Positions 55,501 to 64,000 of a stretch of 64,000 nucleotides of DNA are shown here, in pieces. The number at the start of each line of letters is the position of its first letter. The stretch's first letter is position 1. Source of the DNA: Vicinamibacterales bacterium (GTDB lineage Bacteria; Acidobacteriota; Vicinamibacteria; Vicinamibacterales; CAVVIG01); contig CBDDJX010000003.1 of assembly GCA_965229885.1 (NCBI GenBank), positions 1,875,060 through 1,939,059 of the forward strand, in the 5' to 3' direction. The notes under the pieces are model-generated. The model saw only the letters and a program-made list of their open reading frames with translations, was not told the origin of the DNA and made no database searches. Both the position numbers and the translations under genes were made by a program.

Positions 55501-56139
55501 TTCACGAACGTAGTGGACGTCGTTCGTGCAGACGAGCGGCAGATTGAGATCTCGCGCGATCGCGGGTAAGCCGCTGTTGACGACGCGCTGATCCTCAATG
55601 CCGTGCCACTGCATCTCGAGGAAGAAGTTGTCCGGACCGAGGATGTCTCGATAGGCGGCCGCCGCGTCCACCGCTTTCCGTTCCTGCTGGTGCGAAAGGC
55701 CTTCCGCCACCTCGCCCTTCAGGCAGCTGCTCAACCCAATCAGGCCGCTGGCATGCCGGGCCAGTAGCTCCTTGTCGATGCGCGGCTTGTAGTAGAACCC
55801 CTCCGTGTACCCGGACGAGACGAGCTTGATCAGATTGTGATAGCCCTCGTTGGTCTCCGCGAGCAGCACCAGATGGTTGGCCGTCTCTCCGGAATTTCCG
55901 CTCTTGGTGAGACGGCTGCCAGGCGCCACGTAGACCTCGCACCCGAGAATCGGCTTCACCCCATGCTGCCTGGCGTGATCGTGGAAGATCACCGACGAAA
56001 ACATGTTGCCGTGCTCGGTGACCGCGATCGCCGGCATCTTCAGCGTCGCCGCCTGCTCAAGCAGCTCATCGATGCGGCACGCGCCGTCAAGGAGGGAGAA
56101 CTCCGTATGAAGGTGAAGATGAACAAACTCAGACATCAA
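52567..56139 (-). CDS. dnaE: DNA polymerase III subunit alpha
   Basis: 1190-aa ORF with an N-terminal PHP domain (FVHLHLHTEFSLLDGA), palm/fingers (PDIDIDF, GLLKMDFLGL, FQFES), an OB fold and a C-terminal tail. Confidence 0.98.
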   Translation of the reverse strand: MMSEFVHLHLHTEFSLLDGACRIDELLEQAATLKMPAIAVTEHGNMFSSVIFHDHARQHGVKPILGCEVYVAPGSRLTKSGNSGETANHLVLLAETNEGYHNLIKLVSSGYTEGFYYKPRIDKELLARHASGLIGLSSCLKGEVAEGLSHQQERKAVDAAAAYRDILGPDNFFLEMQWHGIEDQRVVNSGLPAIARDLNLPLVCTNDVHYVRETDAHPHDILLCIGTGKTYSDTKRMRYESRNFFLKTPEQMAEVFKDYPDALANTVRIAERCDVLLAEGENFLPNFDVPPPYTLDEYFEHVAREGFTDRLPRLRQLANTGALRHTIDEYERRLSYEIDMIKQMKYPGYFLIVWDFIRYAREQGIPVGPGRGSAAGSLVAYCLRITDVDPLDFDLIFERFLNPERVSLPDIDIDFCERRRGEVIEYVTRKYGRENVAQIITFGTMKAKAVVRDVGRVLEMPFADVDKVAKQIPATLDMTLDKALEENPALKEMEQTDPRVKELLAVARRLEGMTRHASVHAAGVVIAPTAITEYAPLYKGARDEITTQWSMKEIERIGLLKMDFLGLSTLTLIADAIVEIERTTGEKLDIDQVPLDDAKTYQLFQDGQTYGIFQFESSGMRDILRKAKPQRLEDLIALNALYRPGPLRSGMVDDYIARKQGKTAVKYELPALEPILAETYGVIAYQEQVMRISNVLAGFTLGQADVLRKAMGKKQADVMATMRRKFVDGAKSKGTSEKKAGGIFDLMEHFAGYGFNKSHSTAYALLAYQTAYLKANYAWHFAASLLTIEAQNADKLALYLGECRERGIPVLPPDINESQLRFTVEPGTGVRFGLTAIRNVGEGAVLSLLEVRKKRGRITSLPGLCEGLDLRLVNRRVFESLTKAGAFDSIVRGQAAYDSLPTLALRPRLLAAIDAACEHGVRVQRDTNEGQAQLFGAEPSLGSAADALERVPLPEARPWSDTEQLTFEKETLGLYWSGHPVDRYAAALKAFGARATGELADAPVNDVSDVSGGRRDAWGPGGPRPIEPDTSVGGIIAACRQLKTRKGDRMAVFTVEDSQGGVEVIAFPDTYQRSAASIESGTLVLIRGKLERDDESVRLLASEIAPLDSVRERVTREVNIRLKTPANGVLQALLDIVSRHRGDRKVSFDVETAGHLRVRVDVSSQIRVRPSPALIAEVEQVVGTGSVELR

Positions 56140-56193
56140 ATAGAGCCCTGAATCCTAGGATGTGAGATCCTCACATTTCCAGCCACCCTATTA

Positions 56194-57798
56194 CTACTCC
56201 CATTCGATCGTCGACGGCGGCTTCGAGCTGATGTCGTACACGACCCGGTTAATCCCGCGGACTTCGTTGACGATGCGCGAGGAGATGCGGGCGAGCAGAT
56301 CGTGCGGCAGCCGCGCCCAGTCGGCCGTCATGCCGTCACGGCTTTCGACCGCGCGAATCGCGACCGTGTACTCATACGTCCGCTCGTCCCCCATGACCCC
56401 AACGCTCTGCACTGGCAGCAGTACCGCAAAGCTCTGCCACAGGCGGGTGTACCAGCCCTCGCGCCGCACTTCTTCCGTCACCACCGCATCGGCGCGGCGC
56501 AACAGATTCAGTCGATCGGGCGTGACCTCGCCGAGGATCCGTACGGCCAGCCCCGGTCCCGGAAACGGCTGCCTGACGACGAACTCTTCCTCGAGGCCGA
56601 TCTTCCGTCCGACCTCCCGCACTTCATCCTTGAACAGCTCACGCAGCGGTTCGACGAGTTTCATCCGCATGCGCTCTGGAAGGCCGCCGACGTTGTGGTG
56701 GCTCTTGATGAGCGAGGACTGCCCCACGATGGCGACCGATTCGATCACATCCGGGTACAGGGTGCCCTGCGCGAGAAAATCGACCTGACCGAGCTTCGCG
56801 GCTTCGGCATCGAACACGTCGATGAATGTTCCGCCGATGATCTTGCGCTTCCGCTCGGGATCGACGACCCCCGTCAGATGATCGATGAACAGCGACGACG
56901 CGTCGACGAAGACGAGCGGCAGCTGGAGCCGCTCGTAGCGTTTGCGGATCTGCGCCGCCTCGTCGAGCCGAAGCACGCCGTTGTCCACGAAGATACACGT
57001 CAGCTTGTCACCGACGGCTCGGTGAATGATGAGCGCGGCGACCGTCGAGTCGACGCCGCCGCTCAGGGCGCAGACGACGCGTCCGGCGCCGACCTGCGCG
57101 CGAACCTTCGCGGTCGCCTCCTCGACAAACGACGCCATCGTCCAGTCGCCGGTGCAGCCGCAGACGCCGTACGCGAAATTCCGCAGTATGTCGAGGCCGC
57201 GTTCGGTGTGGGCCACCTCAGGGTGAAAGAGCAGCGCGTACAGGCCGCGATCGACGTTCGCCATGGCGGCCACTGGAGCGTTCGTGCTGGTCGCGACCAC
57301 GCTGAAGCCCGCTGGCGCGGCCGCCACGAAGTCTCCGTGACTGGCCCACACGTGGATCTCGTCAGGGACATCCGTAAAGAGCCCTACGCTCCTGGCGACC
57401 ACCGCCGTCCCAACCGCGCCTCCGGCGCTTCGGTGGGCGTGGCCGGAAGCACCTGGTCGGCCTGAGATCGACACCATCGCGTGGCCGAACTCGCGCTGCG
57501 GCGCGGGCACCACGCTTCCGCCGAGCGCCTGGGCCATCAACTGCATCCCGTAGCAGATGCCGAGCACCGGACTCCCCATGTCGAACAGCGCCGGATCGCA
57601 GCGGGGCGCGCCCGGATCGGACACGCTCTTCGGTCCTCCCGACAGGATGATGCCGGCCGGCGCGCGGGCCCGGATCGTCTCCGCAGGCGTGTCCGCCGGA
57701 TAGATCTCGGAGTACACCGAAAGCTCCCGAAGACGCCGGGCGATCAGTTGTGTGTACTGCGAGCCGAAATCCAGAACGATGATCGTCTGATGACTCAC
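56194..57798 (-). CDS. guaA: GMP synthase (glutamine-hydrolyzing)
   Basis: GTG at 57798 gives [29 protein letters not shown], followed by GICYGMQ, the PP-loop [10 protein letters not shown] and the C-terminal KPPSTIEWE. The upstream part of the track ORF is not homologous. Confidence 0.97.
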   Translation of the reverse strand: MSHQTIIVLDFGSQYTQLIARRLRELSVYSEIYPADTPAETIRARAPAGIILSGGPKSVSDPGAPRCDPALFDMGSPVLGICYGMQLMAQALGGSVVPAPQREFGHAMVSISGRPGASGHAHRSAGGAVGTAVVARSVGLFTDVPDEIHVWASHGDFVAAAPAGFSVVATSTNAPVAAMANVDRGLYALLFHPEVAHTERGLDILRNFAYGVCGCTGDWTMASFVEEATAKVRAQVGAGRVVCALSGGVDSTVAALIIHRAVGDKLTCIFVDNGVLRLDEAAQIRKRYERLQLPLVFVDASSLFIDHLTGVVDPERKRKIIGGTFIDVFDAEAAKLGQVDFLAQGTLYPDVIESVAIVGQSSLIKSHHNVGGLPERMRMKLVEPLRELFKDEVREVGRKIGLEEEFVVRQPFPGPGLAVRILGEVTPDRLNLLRRADAVVTEEVRREGWYTRLWQSFAVLLPVQSVGVMGDERTYEYTVAIRAVESRDGMTADWARLPHDLLARISSRIVNEVRGINRVVYDISSKPPSTIEWE

Positions 57799-57896
57799 GA
57801 AGAGGCCTGCCTGCGCGCTCGTCCCTCGACTTCGATCGGTACCCTGAGCGTCGTCGAAGGGTCGAAAGGAACTGGAATAGACGCTATTATAGCGGT

Positions 57897-59084
57897 GTGG
57901 GCACAGGCCGGACCACAAGATGTTGTAGTGCACTTGCCCTGATCGCGATCTCCACTGTGATGACCGCGGCGCAATCCACGCGTCAATCAGCGCACGCGCC
58001 GGTCCCGCTCTTCCCTGTCCGCACTGCCTGGACTCTCGCCCTCAACAACCGGCTCACCGTTCCCCCTGTCTACTCCGGATCGCATGCCTATTTCGCCATC
58101 GAAGGGGACCGGCTGGTGGCGTACGAGCTGGAGCGCGGGCGTCAGGAGTGGATCGCGTCGGTGCGGGCCGAACTCCAGCCGGCTGTCGGCGATGGGCTGA
58201 TCTTCATCGCTCAACCGACGTCGCTGACCGCGTTGCGTACAACAGATGGCAGCATTGCCTGGCACCTTCCCGCTCTCGGTGAGCTCTCTGTTCCGCCGGT
58301 GTGGGACAACGGCTGGCTTGTCCTCGCGACGCGCACGGGAGGGGTGCTCGCGTTCCGGGCGATCGACGGACATCTCGTCTGGCGTCGCGACCTGGGATCG
58401 CCCGCACACGCCCCACCTTCGCTCGCCGCCGATCGCGTGTATGTCCCCGTGGACGACGGCCGCATCGTGGCGCTGCGGGTGGACACGGGCGATGTGGTCT
58501 GGGAACGCCGCCTCGGAGGGCCGGCGACCGGCCTGCTCGCCGAGGACGATCGCCTCTTTGCCGGCTCGACCGACAACTATTTTTATGCGTTGCGCACCGA
58601 CAACGGCCACGTCGCCTGGCGCTGGCGCACCGGCGCGGATGTTATCGGGATCCCGGTGCTCGACGAACGCCACGTGTACTTCGTGTCGCTCGACAATGCT
58701 CTGCGCGCGCTGTCGCGCAGGACGGGCGTGCAGCAGTGGCTCCGCCTGTTGCCGATCAGGCCGACCCGGGGTCCGATGAGGGTCGGTCGCACGCTCGTCG
58801 TCAGCGGGATCGCGCCGATGCTGCGCGCCTACAACATGACGGACGGCACGCCGGCAGGCGAGCTCCCGGCTGCAGGCGAGCTGGCCGGATCGCCGTACGG
58901 AGGGCCCACTCAGTCGGCGGCGCCGCTGCAGCTTCTGGTGGTGGCGCGCGACATCGCGAAGGGCGCGACGGCGACGCTGTTCATGCAACAGCTCGATCCG
59001 CCACTCAATCCCCTGGCGCCGCTGCCGAACGCCGGCAAGGCGACGGTGTTGGATGCGGTCGCGCCGGCCGTTTCAGAACCGTAA
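57897..59084 (+). CDS. PQQ-like beta-propeller repeat protein (BamB-like), secreted
   Basis: 395-aa ORF with a signal peptide ([16 protein letters not shown]) and repeated motifs: G..L.A.....G...W ([39 protein letters not shown]). Confidence 0.7.
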   Translation: MGTGRTTRCCSALALIAISTVMTAAQSTRQSAHAPVPLFPVRTAWTLALNNRLTVPPVYSGSHAYFAIEGDRLVAYELERGRQEWIASVRAELQPAVGDGLIFIAQPTSLTALRTTDGSIAWHLPALGELSVPPVWDNGWLVLATRTGGVLAFRAIDGHLVWRRDLGSPAHAPPSLAADRVYVPVDDGRIVALRVDTGDVVWERRLGGPATGLLAEDDRLFAGSTDNYFYALRTDNGHVAWRWRTGADVIGIPVLDERHVYFVSLDNALRALSRRTGVQQWLRLLPIRPTRGPMRVGRTLVVSGIAPMLRAYNMTDGTPAGELPAAGELAGSPYGGPTQSAAPLQLLVVARDIAKGATATLFMQQLDPPLNPLAPLPNAGKATVLDAVAPAVSEP

Positions 59085-59130
59085 ACCGCTCGACGGCTTC
59101 GGCGGGCTGCGATGCGCAGTCCCTGTGCCC

Positions 59131-62100
59131 ATGTATGCTGTCTTCATCGTGCTGAAATCATCGGCGCTCGGCAGGATCGTCCTCGCGGGATTGGTCTCCG
59201 GGCTGGCCGTCGCCGGCGGCGGCTGGACGCTCGAGCGCGCGCGATTCGGCGCATCCGACGCGGAAGCGCTCTCGCGCGTCGAAGCGGAGATTCAGCAGCG
59301 GTTCGACGCGAGCGCGGACAGCCTCGGCACGGTTGCCGCCCGCGCCGCCCGCCAGCGCGACCTCATTCGCGCGGCCCCACGCGATGCCACCGCCGCCACG
59401 CGCCTCTTTGATGCGCTCGACGCCGCGCTGACTGAAGACAAGGGACACACGGGCATTACCGTGTACGACGCGGCCGGCACTCCGCTGGCGTGGGCCGGGC
59501 TCGTCTCGGATCTCCCCAGGTCACTCGACGGCCCGGCGGCGCTGCTCGTGACCGCCGGCGCGCTCGGTCCCCGCCTCACGCGGATCGAGCCGATTGCCGA
59601 CGCCGACCGCCCCGCCACTCGTCTCGCCACCATCGTCGCTGAACAGATACTCGAGCCGATCGATCGCTCGCCGGCCCCGGGTGATCGCTTCGCGCTGTCC
59701 ACCTCGCTCGTGCCGGTCACGCTGCGCGTCGGCGCCGCGACGCCGACGCCGTCGCCGACGGTCTTCCCGATCACCTCTCGAGCCGGCGGGACGTTGATCG
59801 AGGCGGAGGTCGTCCCGGGCGATCTCGTCGAGGCGCGTCGGCGGTGGCGTCGGGGATCCGTCGCAGCTGTTCTCTCAGTCTTGGCCCTGACGTTGCTCTC
59901 GTGCGCCGGGCTTCTCGTTGAGAGGCGGCGGCGGACGCATGCCCTCCGCGCCCACCTGGTCGCTTCGGCCGGCATCGTGGCCTCGCTCGTCCTGTCGCGT
60001 ACCCTCTTCCGCTTCGCCACGACCGAAGTCGAGGCGGCGCAGTCGCTCGTTGGTCCGGTCGACCTACTGCTGACCTCGCTCGGCGCCGCGGCGCTTGCAT
60101 GGCTGACGATCGATCTCATCGAGAGCCGCCGGCTGGCGCGGCCACGGGCGCGATTGCTCGCAGTAGACGCGAGAGGACTCATTGCGGTGGTGTACCTCAC
60201 GGTGGGCGCGCTCGATGCGGCCGTGCTCTGGGCCTACGGTCGCTTTCTTCAATCGGTGGTGTCTCGCACGACCGTTGATCTGCTGCACTTTTCGCTGCAT
60301 CCCCTGGATGCCACGCGTCTTGGCCTCGCGTTCGGACTCGTACTGCTCCATGCGGCCGTCATCTGGAGTGCGGCCGCGCTGATTCGCGCGCCAACGCTTC
60401 TGTGGCGGATGCCGCGGGGCTGGCTGCCGGCCGTGGCGGCGGCAAGCTGGGCCACCGGCGCGCTCGCCGGCTTCGCGATCGTGGCCGCGCGCAATCCCTC
60501 GATCCCCTCGCTGCCCTTCGCCATTGCCCTGGCCACCGCCAGCGGATGTGCGCTCTCGATGCCGACACTCCGCGTGCGCGCCCGGCGCGAGTCGCAGTCG
60601 ATGCGGATCGCGGGGTTGTTTCTCGCGCTCCTCGTACCCGCCATCGCGATGTACCCGTCGCTCTCCGCATTCGCGATTCAGGCCAAGGAACGGCTCATCG
60701 CCAATGAATACGGCGCCCAGGTGATTGCGCAGCGCGACGACCTTCAGCAGCGGCTCAGTCGCGCGCTCGATCAAGTCGACGCACTGGCGGCGCTTCCGCA
60801 GCTCGTCACGGCGCCGGCAGACGAAGAAATGGCGGGCCGCGCCTTCGGCGTCTGGTATCAGACCGAGCTCCAGAAATATCGAGTGACATCGGCGGTCGAA
60901 CTGTACGGGCCAGGTGGACGACGCCTGAGCCGCTTCGCGCTGATTCTTCCGGAGGTCGGCACGCCGACGTATCGCCCCGCGGGCTGCGACTGGAATCTGT
61001 CCGACGATGTCTCTGCGCCACGAAGCTCGCGGACAGGGGCAAACGAGTCGCACGTGCTGCGGGCAAGCCGAGGCGTCTGCCTCGACGGGCGTCCAGTCGG
61101 CGGCATCATCGTCCGCGCGATGCTCGACTATCGCACGCTGCCGTTCATCTCTTCGCGCAGCCCCTATCTCGAGTCGCTGCGGCCGGACCGCGACGCGCCT
61201 GCGGAAGCCGTGCCGGGACACGACGTCGAGTTCGTGTTGTACGGGTGGAGCCGGGCTCCGCTATTCGCCTCTGGCACGAGCGTCTGGACGCTTCCCGATG
61301 CGGCGTTCGGGCGCATGGTCGATTCGCGAATACCGTTCTGGGCCGACGTCGATCGCGGCAACGAGGCGTTCCGCGTCTATTTCATGAGCGACCGGGGCGG
61401 CGTTTCTGCGCTCGGCTATCCCGTGATCACTTCGCTCGGCCATTTGATCAACATCGCGGAGCTCGTGACGCTGGCGCTCGCGCTGTTCGTCCTGCTGACG
61501 GCCGGCGCCACGATCTTCAACATGCTGTTCTCGCACGCTCCGGCAACCGGGTGGGCGCTGCTCGCGGAGATCCGGTCGAGCTTCTACCGCAAGCTGCGGC
61601 TGGCGTTCGTGGCGGGGTCAGTCGTGCCGGTGGTCATTCTGGCCCTCGTCACGCGCGCCTACTTCGCGAACGAGCTGACGGCTGGCATCGAAGAGGCAGC
61701 GGCCAGAACGGCGACGGTCGCCCAGCGGCTTGTTGAGGATTACGCCGCGCTGCAGCAGCGCGGTTCGGGAGGCCTCGAGACGCTGGACGACGACCTCATG
61801 ATGCTGGTCAGCCGTGCCATCGACGAGGACGTCAACCTCTTCGAGCGCGGGCGCCTTCGGGCGACGAGCGCGCGCGATGTGTACGCCTCGCAGCTGCTCT
61901 CCAGACGTACGCCGGCCGAGGTGTACAGGCGGCTCGTCCTCGACCGCGCACCCACCTACGTGGGCGAGCAGGATATCGGCACGGTCCGCTATCTCGTTGC
62001 GGCCGCGCCGGTTCGAACGGCGGGACGCGAAGGGATGGTGACCGTACCCGTCACCCTGCGACCGCTGGAGATCGAGCGTCAGATCGACGAGCTCGACCGG

Positions 62101-63036
62101 CGTGTGCTGTTCGCTGCGGTGCTGTTTAGCCTACTGGGCGGTGCGCTGGGGTACTGGATGGCCGAGCGAATTGCCGACCCCGTGAACCGCCTGACGCGTG
62201 CGACGCGGCGCATTGCGCGCGGGAATCTCGACGCGCGGATCGCCGCAACGTCGCCCGACGAGCTCGGCCGCCTGGTCCGGGACTTCAACCAGATGGCCAC
62301 CGATCTGCAGCGCCAGCGCGCTGAGCTCGAACGGACGCACCGTCTCGAGGCATGGGCCGACATGGCGCGCCAGGTCGCGCACGACATCAAGAACCCGCTG
62401 ACGCCGATTCAGCTGTCCGCCGAACACGCCCGACGCGTCAACATCGATCACGATCGTCCGCTCTCGCCGGTACTCGATGAATGCGTGACGGTCATCCTGG
62501 GCCAGGTGAGGCTGCTGCGTCAGATCTCAGCCGAGTTCTCGAGCTTCGGTTCCTCTCCCACGCCGCAGCCCGAGCCGACGACGCTGGCAGCGCTCATCGA
62601 CGAAGTCGTCGCGCCGTACCGCACGGGCCTTGCCGACCGCATCTCAATCGGCATCAAGGCGCCCGATCCTCTCCCGTCGGTGACCATCGACCGCACGCTG
62701 TTTGCCCGCGCGCTGACGAACATCATTGAGAACGCGCTGTACGCCATGCCAGAAAAGGGCGCCCTGACGATCACGATCCGGCCGCCTTCGCTTCCGCTCA
62801 GGCCAGGCGAGCCGGACACGACGCCGGAGATGAAAATCGAGATCGCCGACACCGGCGGCGGGATGGACGGCGAGGCGCTCGGCAGGATATTCGAGCCGTA
62901 CTTCTCGACGAAGGCGACCGGTACCGGACTCGGGCTGACGATTGCCAAGCGGAATATCGAGCTGAACGGCGGGACGATTCACGTCGCCAGCGAGCGCGGT
63001 GTGGGCACCACGGTCACGCTCACGTTACCGGCGTAA
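59131..63036 (+). CDS. Sensor histidine kinase, NtrY-like transmitter, with an N-terminal membrane/periplasmic region of about 1000 aa
   Basis: ATG 59131 lies within track ORF 59053..63036. The C-terminus has HAMP (PVNRLTRATRRIARGNLDARIAATSPDELGRLVRDFNQMATDL), HisKA with EAWADMARQVAHDIKNPLTPIQLSAEHARR, and HATPase_c (N, G1, G2 boxes: NALYAM..., DTGGGM, GTGLGLTIAKR). Confidence 0.85.
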   Translation: MYAVFIVLKSSALGRIVLAGLVSGLAVAGGGWTLERARFGASDAEALSRVEAEIQQRFDASADSLGTVAARAARQRDLIRAAPRDATAATRLFDALDAALTEDKGHTGITVYDAAGTPLAWAGLVSDLPRSLDGPAALLVTAGALGPRLTRIEPIADADRPATRLATIVAEQILEPIDRSPAPGDRFALSTSLVPVTLRVGAATPTPSPTVFPITSRAGGTLIEAEVVPGDLVEARRRWRRGSVAAVLSVLALTLLSCAGLLVERRRRTHALRAHLVASAGIVASLVLSRTLFRFATTEVEAAQSLVGPVDLLLTSLGAAALAWLTIDLIESRRLARPRARLLAVDARGLIAVVYLTVGALDAAVLWAYGRFLQSVVSRTTVDLLHFSLHPLDATRLGLAFGLVLLHAAVIWSAAALIRAPTLLWRMPRGWLPAVAAASWATGALAGFAIVAARNPSIPSLPFAIALATASGCALSMPTLRVRARRESQSMRIAGLFLALLVPAIAMYPSLSAFAIQAKERLIANEYGAQVIAQRDDLQQRLSRALDQVDALAALPQLVTAPADEEMAGRAFGVWYQTELQKYRVTSAVELYGPGGRRLSRFALILPEVGTPTYRPAGCDWNLSDDVSAPRSSRTGANESHVLRASRGVCLDGRPVGGIIVRAMLDYRTLPFISSRSPYLESLRPDRDAPAEAVPGHDVEFVLYGWSRAPLFASGTSVWTLPDAAFGRMVDSRIPFWADVDRGNEAFRVYFMSDRGGVSALGYPVITSLGHLINIAELVTLALALFVLLTAGATIFNMLFSHAPATGWALLAEIRSSFYRKLRLAFVAGSVVPVVILALVTRAYFANELTAGIEEAAARTATVAQRLVEDYAALQQRGSGGLETLDDDLMMLVSRAIDEDVNLFERGRLRATSARDVYASQLLSRRTPAEVYRRLVLDRAPTYVGEQDIGTVRYLVAAAPVRTAGREGMVTVPVTLRPLEIERQIDELDRRVLFAAVLFSLLGGALGYWMAERIADPVNRLTRATRRIARGNLDARIAATSPDELGRLVRDFNQMATDLQRQRAELERTHRLEAWADMARQVAHDIKNPLTPIQLSAEHARRVNIDHDRPLSPVLDECVTVILGQVRLLRQISAEFSSFGSSPTPQPEPTTLAALIDEVVAPYRTGLADRISIGIKAPDPLPSVTIDRTLFARALTNIIENALYAMPEKGALTITIRPPSLPLRPGEPDTTPEMKIEIADTGGGMDGEALGRIFEPYFSTKATGTGLGLTIAKRNIELNGGTIHVASERGVGTTVTLTLPA

Positions 63037-63037
63037 T

Positions 63038-63091
63038 AAAGGGGACGGGAGTCGTCTTACGGAATCCGTAAAACGACTCCCGTCCCCTTTT
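63038..63091. terminator. Strong bidirectional intrinsic terminator between the histidine kinase gene and pssA
   Basis: aaaggggacgggagtcgt (63038-63055) pairs perfectly with acgactcccgtccccttt (63073-63090). The inner ttacgga/tccgtaa also pair. It is flanked by AAA on one side and TTTT on the other, and follows the tandem stops TAATAA. Confidence 0.85.
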
Positions 63092-63097
63092 CCTGGC

Positions 63098-63934
63098 TCA
63101 CAGCCCCGTGCCGTCGCGCGCGGGCGGATCGATCGGGACGGCGTCAGGGGACGTGGCTTGACTCGGCCGGCCGCCCCGCCGGAGGCGGCTGATCGCCAGC
63201 CCGACGAACGCCGAGGCCAGATACGAGTACGCCAGCACGACGAGCACGACGCGCGGGTGGGTCGCGACGAGGGCGATGCCAGCGGCCAGCAGGATGACCA
63301 CCGTGTACGACCGCCGGCTGTGCAAATCGATGGCCTTGAAGCTGCGGAACCGGATCGTGCTCACCATCAGCACCGCAGGGACGAGCACCATGGCCAGGGC
63401 CGGCAGCGCCGCCCGATAATCGGCCAGACCATACGGATACGCGAAGACCGTCGCGGCCGGGATGCCGGCCGCAGCCGGACTCGGCATGCCGACGAAGTAC
63501 CGCTTGTCGCCGCCCATGCCGCTCTGAATATTGAAGCGCGCGAGCCGCATCGCCGCCGCGGTCAGGAACAGAAAGCCCGCGAGCCATCCAAGACGGCCAA
63601 GCGGCTGGAGTCCCCACGAGAACGAGAGGATCGCCGGCGCGATGCCGAACGAGATCACGTCGGCGAGCGAATCGAACTCGACACCGAAATCGCTCGCCGA
63701 GCCCGTCATCCGCGCGATGCGGCCGTCGAGCATATCCAACACGATCGCGAATCCGATGAACGGTGCGGCCGTCGCGAACTCGCCGCGCATGGCGAAGACG
63801 ATGCACGCGTAGCCGCAGAACATGTTGCCCAGCGTGAAGAGCGTGGGCAGGACGTAGACGCCCCGCTCGAACCGCCGCGGCGGACGGCCGGCGCCGCGAC
63901 GCAAGAACCGCAACCGTCCTTCTTCATGCAGCAT
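63098..63934 (-). CDS. pssA: CDP-diacylglycerol--serine O-phosphatidyltransferase
   Basis: 278-aa ORF with the CDP-alcohol phosphatidyltransferase motif DMLDGRIARMTGSASDFGVEFDSLADVISFG and multiple TM segments. Confidence 0.9.
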   Translation of the reverse strand: MLHEEGRLRFLRRGAGRPPRRFERGVYVLPTLFTLGNMFCGYACIVFAMRGEFATAAPFIGFAIVLDMLDGRIARMTGSASDFGVEFDSLADVISFGIAPAILSFSWGLQPLGRLGWLAGFLFLTAAAMRLARFNIQSGMGGDKRYFVGMPSPAAAGIPAATVFAYPYGLADYRAALPALAMVLVPAVLMVSTIRFRSFKAIDLHSRRSYTVVILLAAGIALVATHPRVVLVVLAYSYLASAFVGLAISRLRRGGRPSQATSPDAVPIDPPARDGTGL

Positions 63935-64000
63935 ACAACACTCTCCGGCTTCGGGCTTCAGGCTCTCGCTAAACTCCTAGAGTCCAGATTCATGCTGGCA

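Noticed and set aside
60064-61221. 385-aa minus-strand ORF inside the histidine kinase gene, and similar shadows at 59292..60200, 35571..36464, 37814..38689, 18625..19542, 57987..58988 and 25266..26153
   Set aside because: All are antisense or out-of-frame overlaps of genes with clear family signatures. None has motifs of its own.

Overview
This is a GC-rich, tightly packed bacterial chromosomal window of about 55 genes. Gene content looks like a diderm, possibly Acidobacteriota-like, but that is inference only. I found no rRNA, tRNA or CRISPR.

Housekeeping blocks, all intact:
- xerD, metK
- parAB, miaB, recN
- A complete tolQ-tolR-tolA-tolB-pal-cpoB cluster, followed by ssb
- A sigma-54 block reading lptC/A, lptB, rpoN, hprK, rapZ, EIIA(Man), HPr, EI
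- recJ, accA, dnaE, guaA, pssA

Accessory and unusual content:
1. An isolated BMC-H shell gene sits next to an acylating aldehyde dehydrogenase that carries a long C-terminal extension (832-2900). No other microcompartment genes are nearby.
2. A hybrid type II secretion / type IV pilus-like cluster spans 6288-17423. It contains GspF, GspE, PilMNOP, a secretin and GspG-type pseudopilins.
   - The secretin is a TPR lipoprotein with a C-terminal cohesin-like domain.
   - It is interrupted by an in-frame TAG.
3. Both halves of the Lpt machine are encoded as fusions: LptF-LptG, and an anchored LptC-LptA multi-module protein.
4. There are unusually many disrupted accessory genes: the secretin, an Ig/PKD protein, a PHP hydrolase, a GT39-like remnant, a GH57 remnant, an IS630 remnant and a GxxExxY remnant. 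Between them they carry seven in-frame TAG codons and one in-frame TGA. All long essential genes are intact.

Many long ORFs in the six-frame track are antisense shadows typical of high-GC DNA, and I rejected them. All family assignments come from reading the translations. No database search or HMM was run, so domain boundaries and start codons are approximate.
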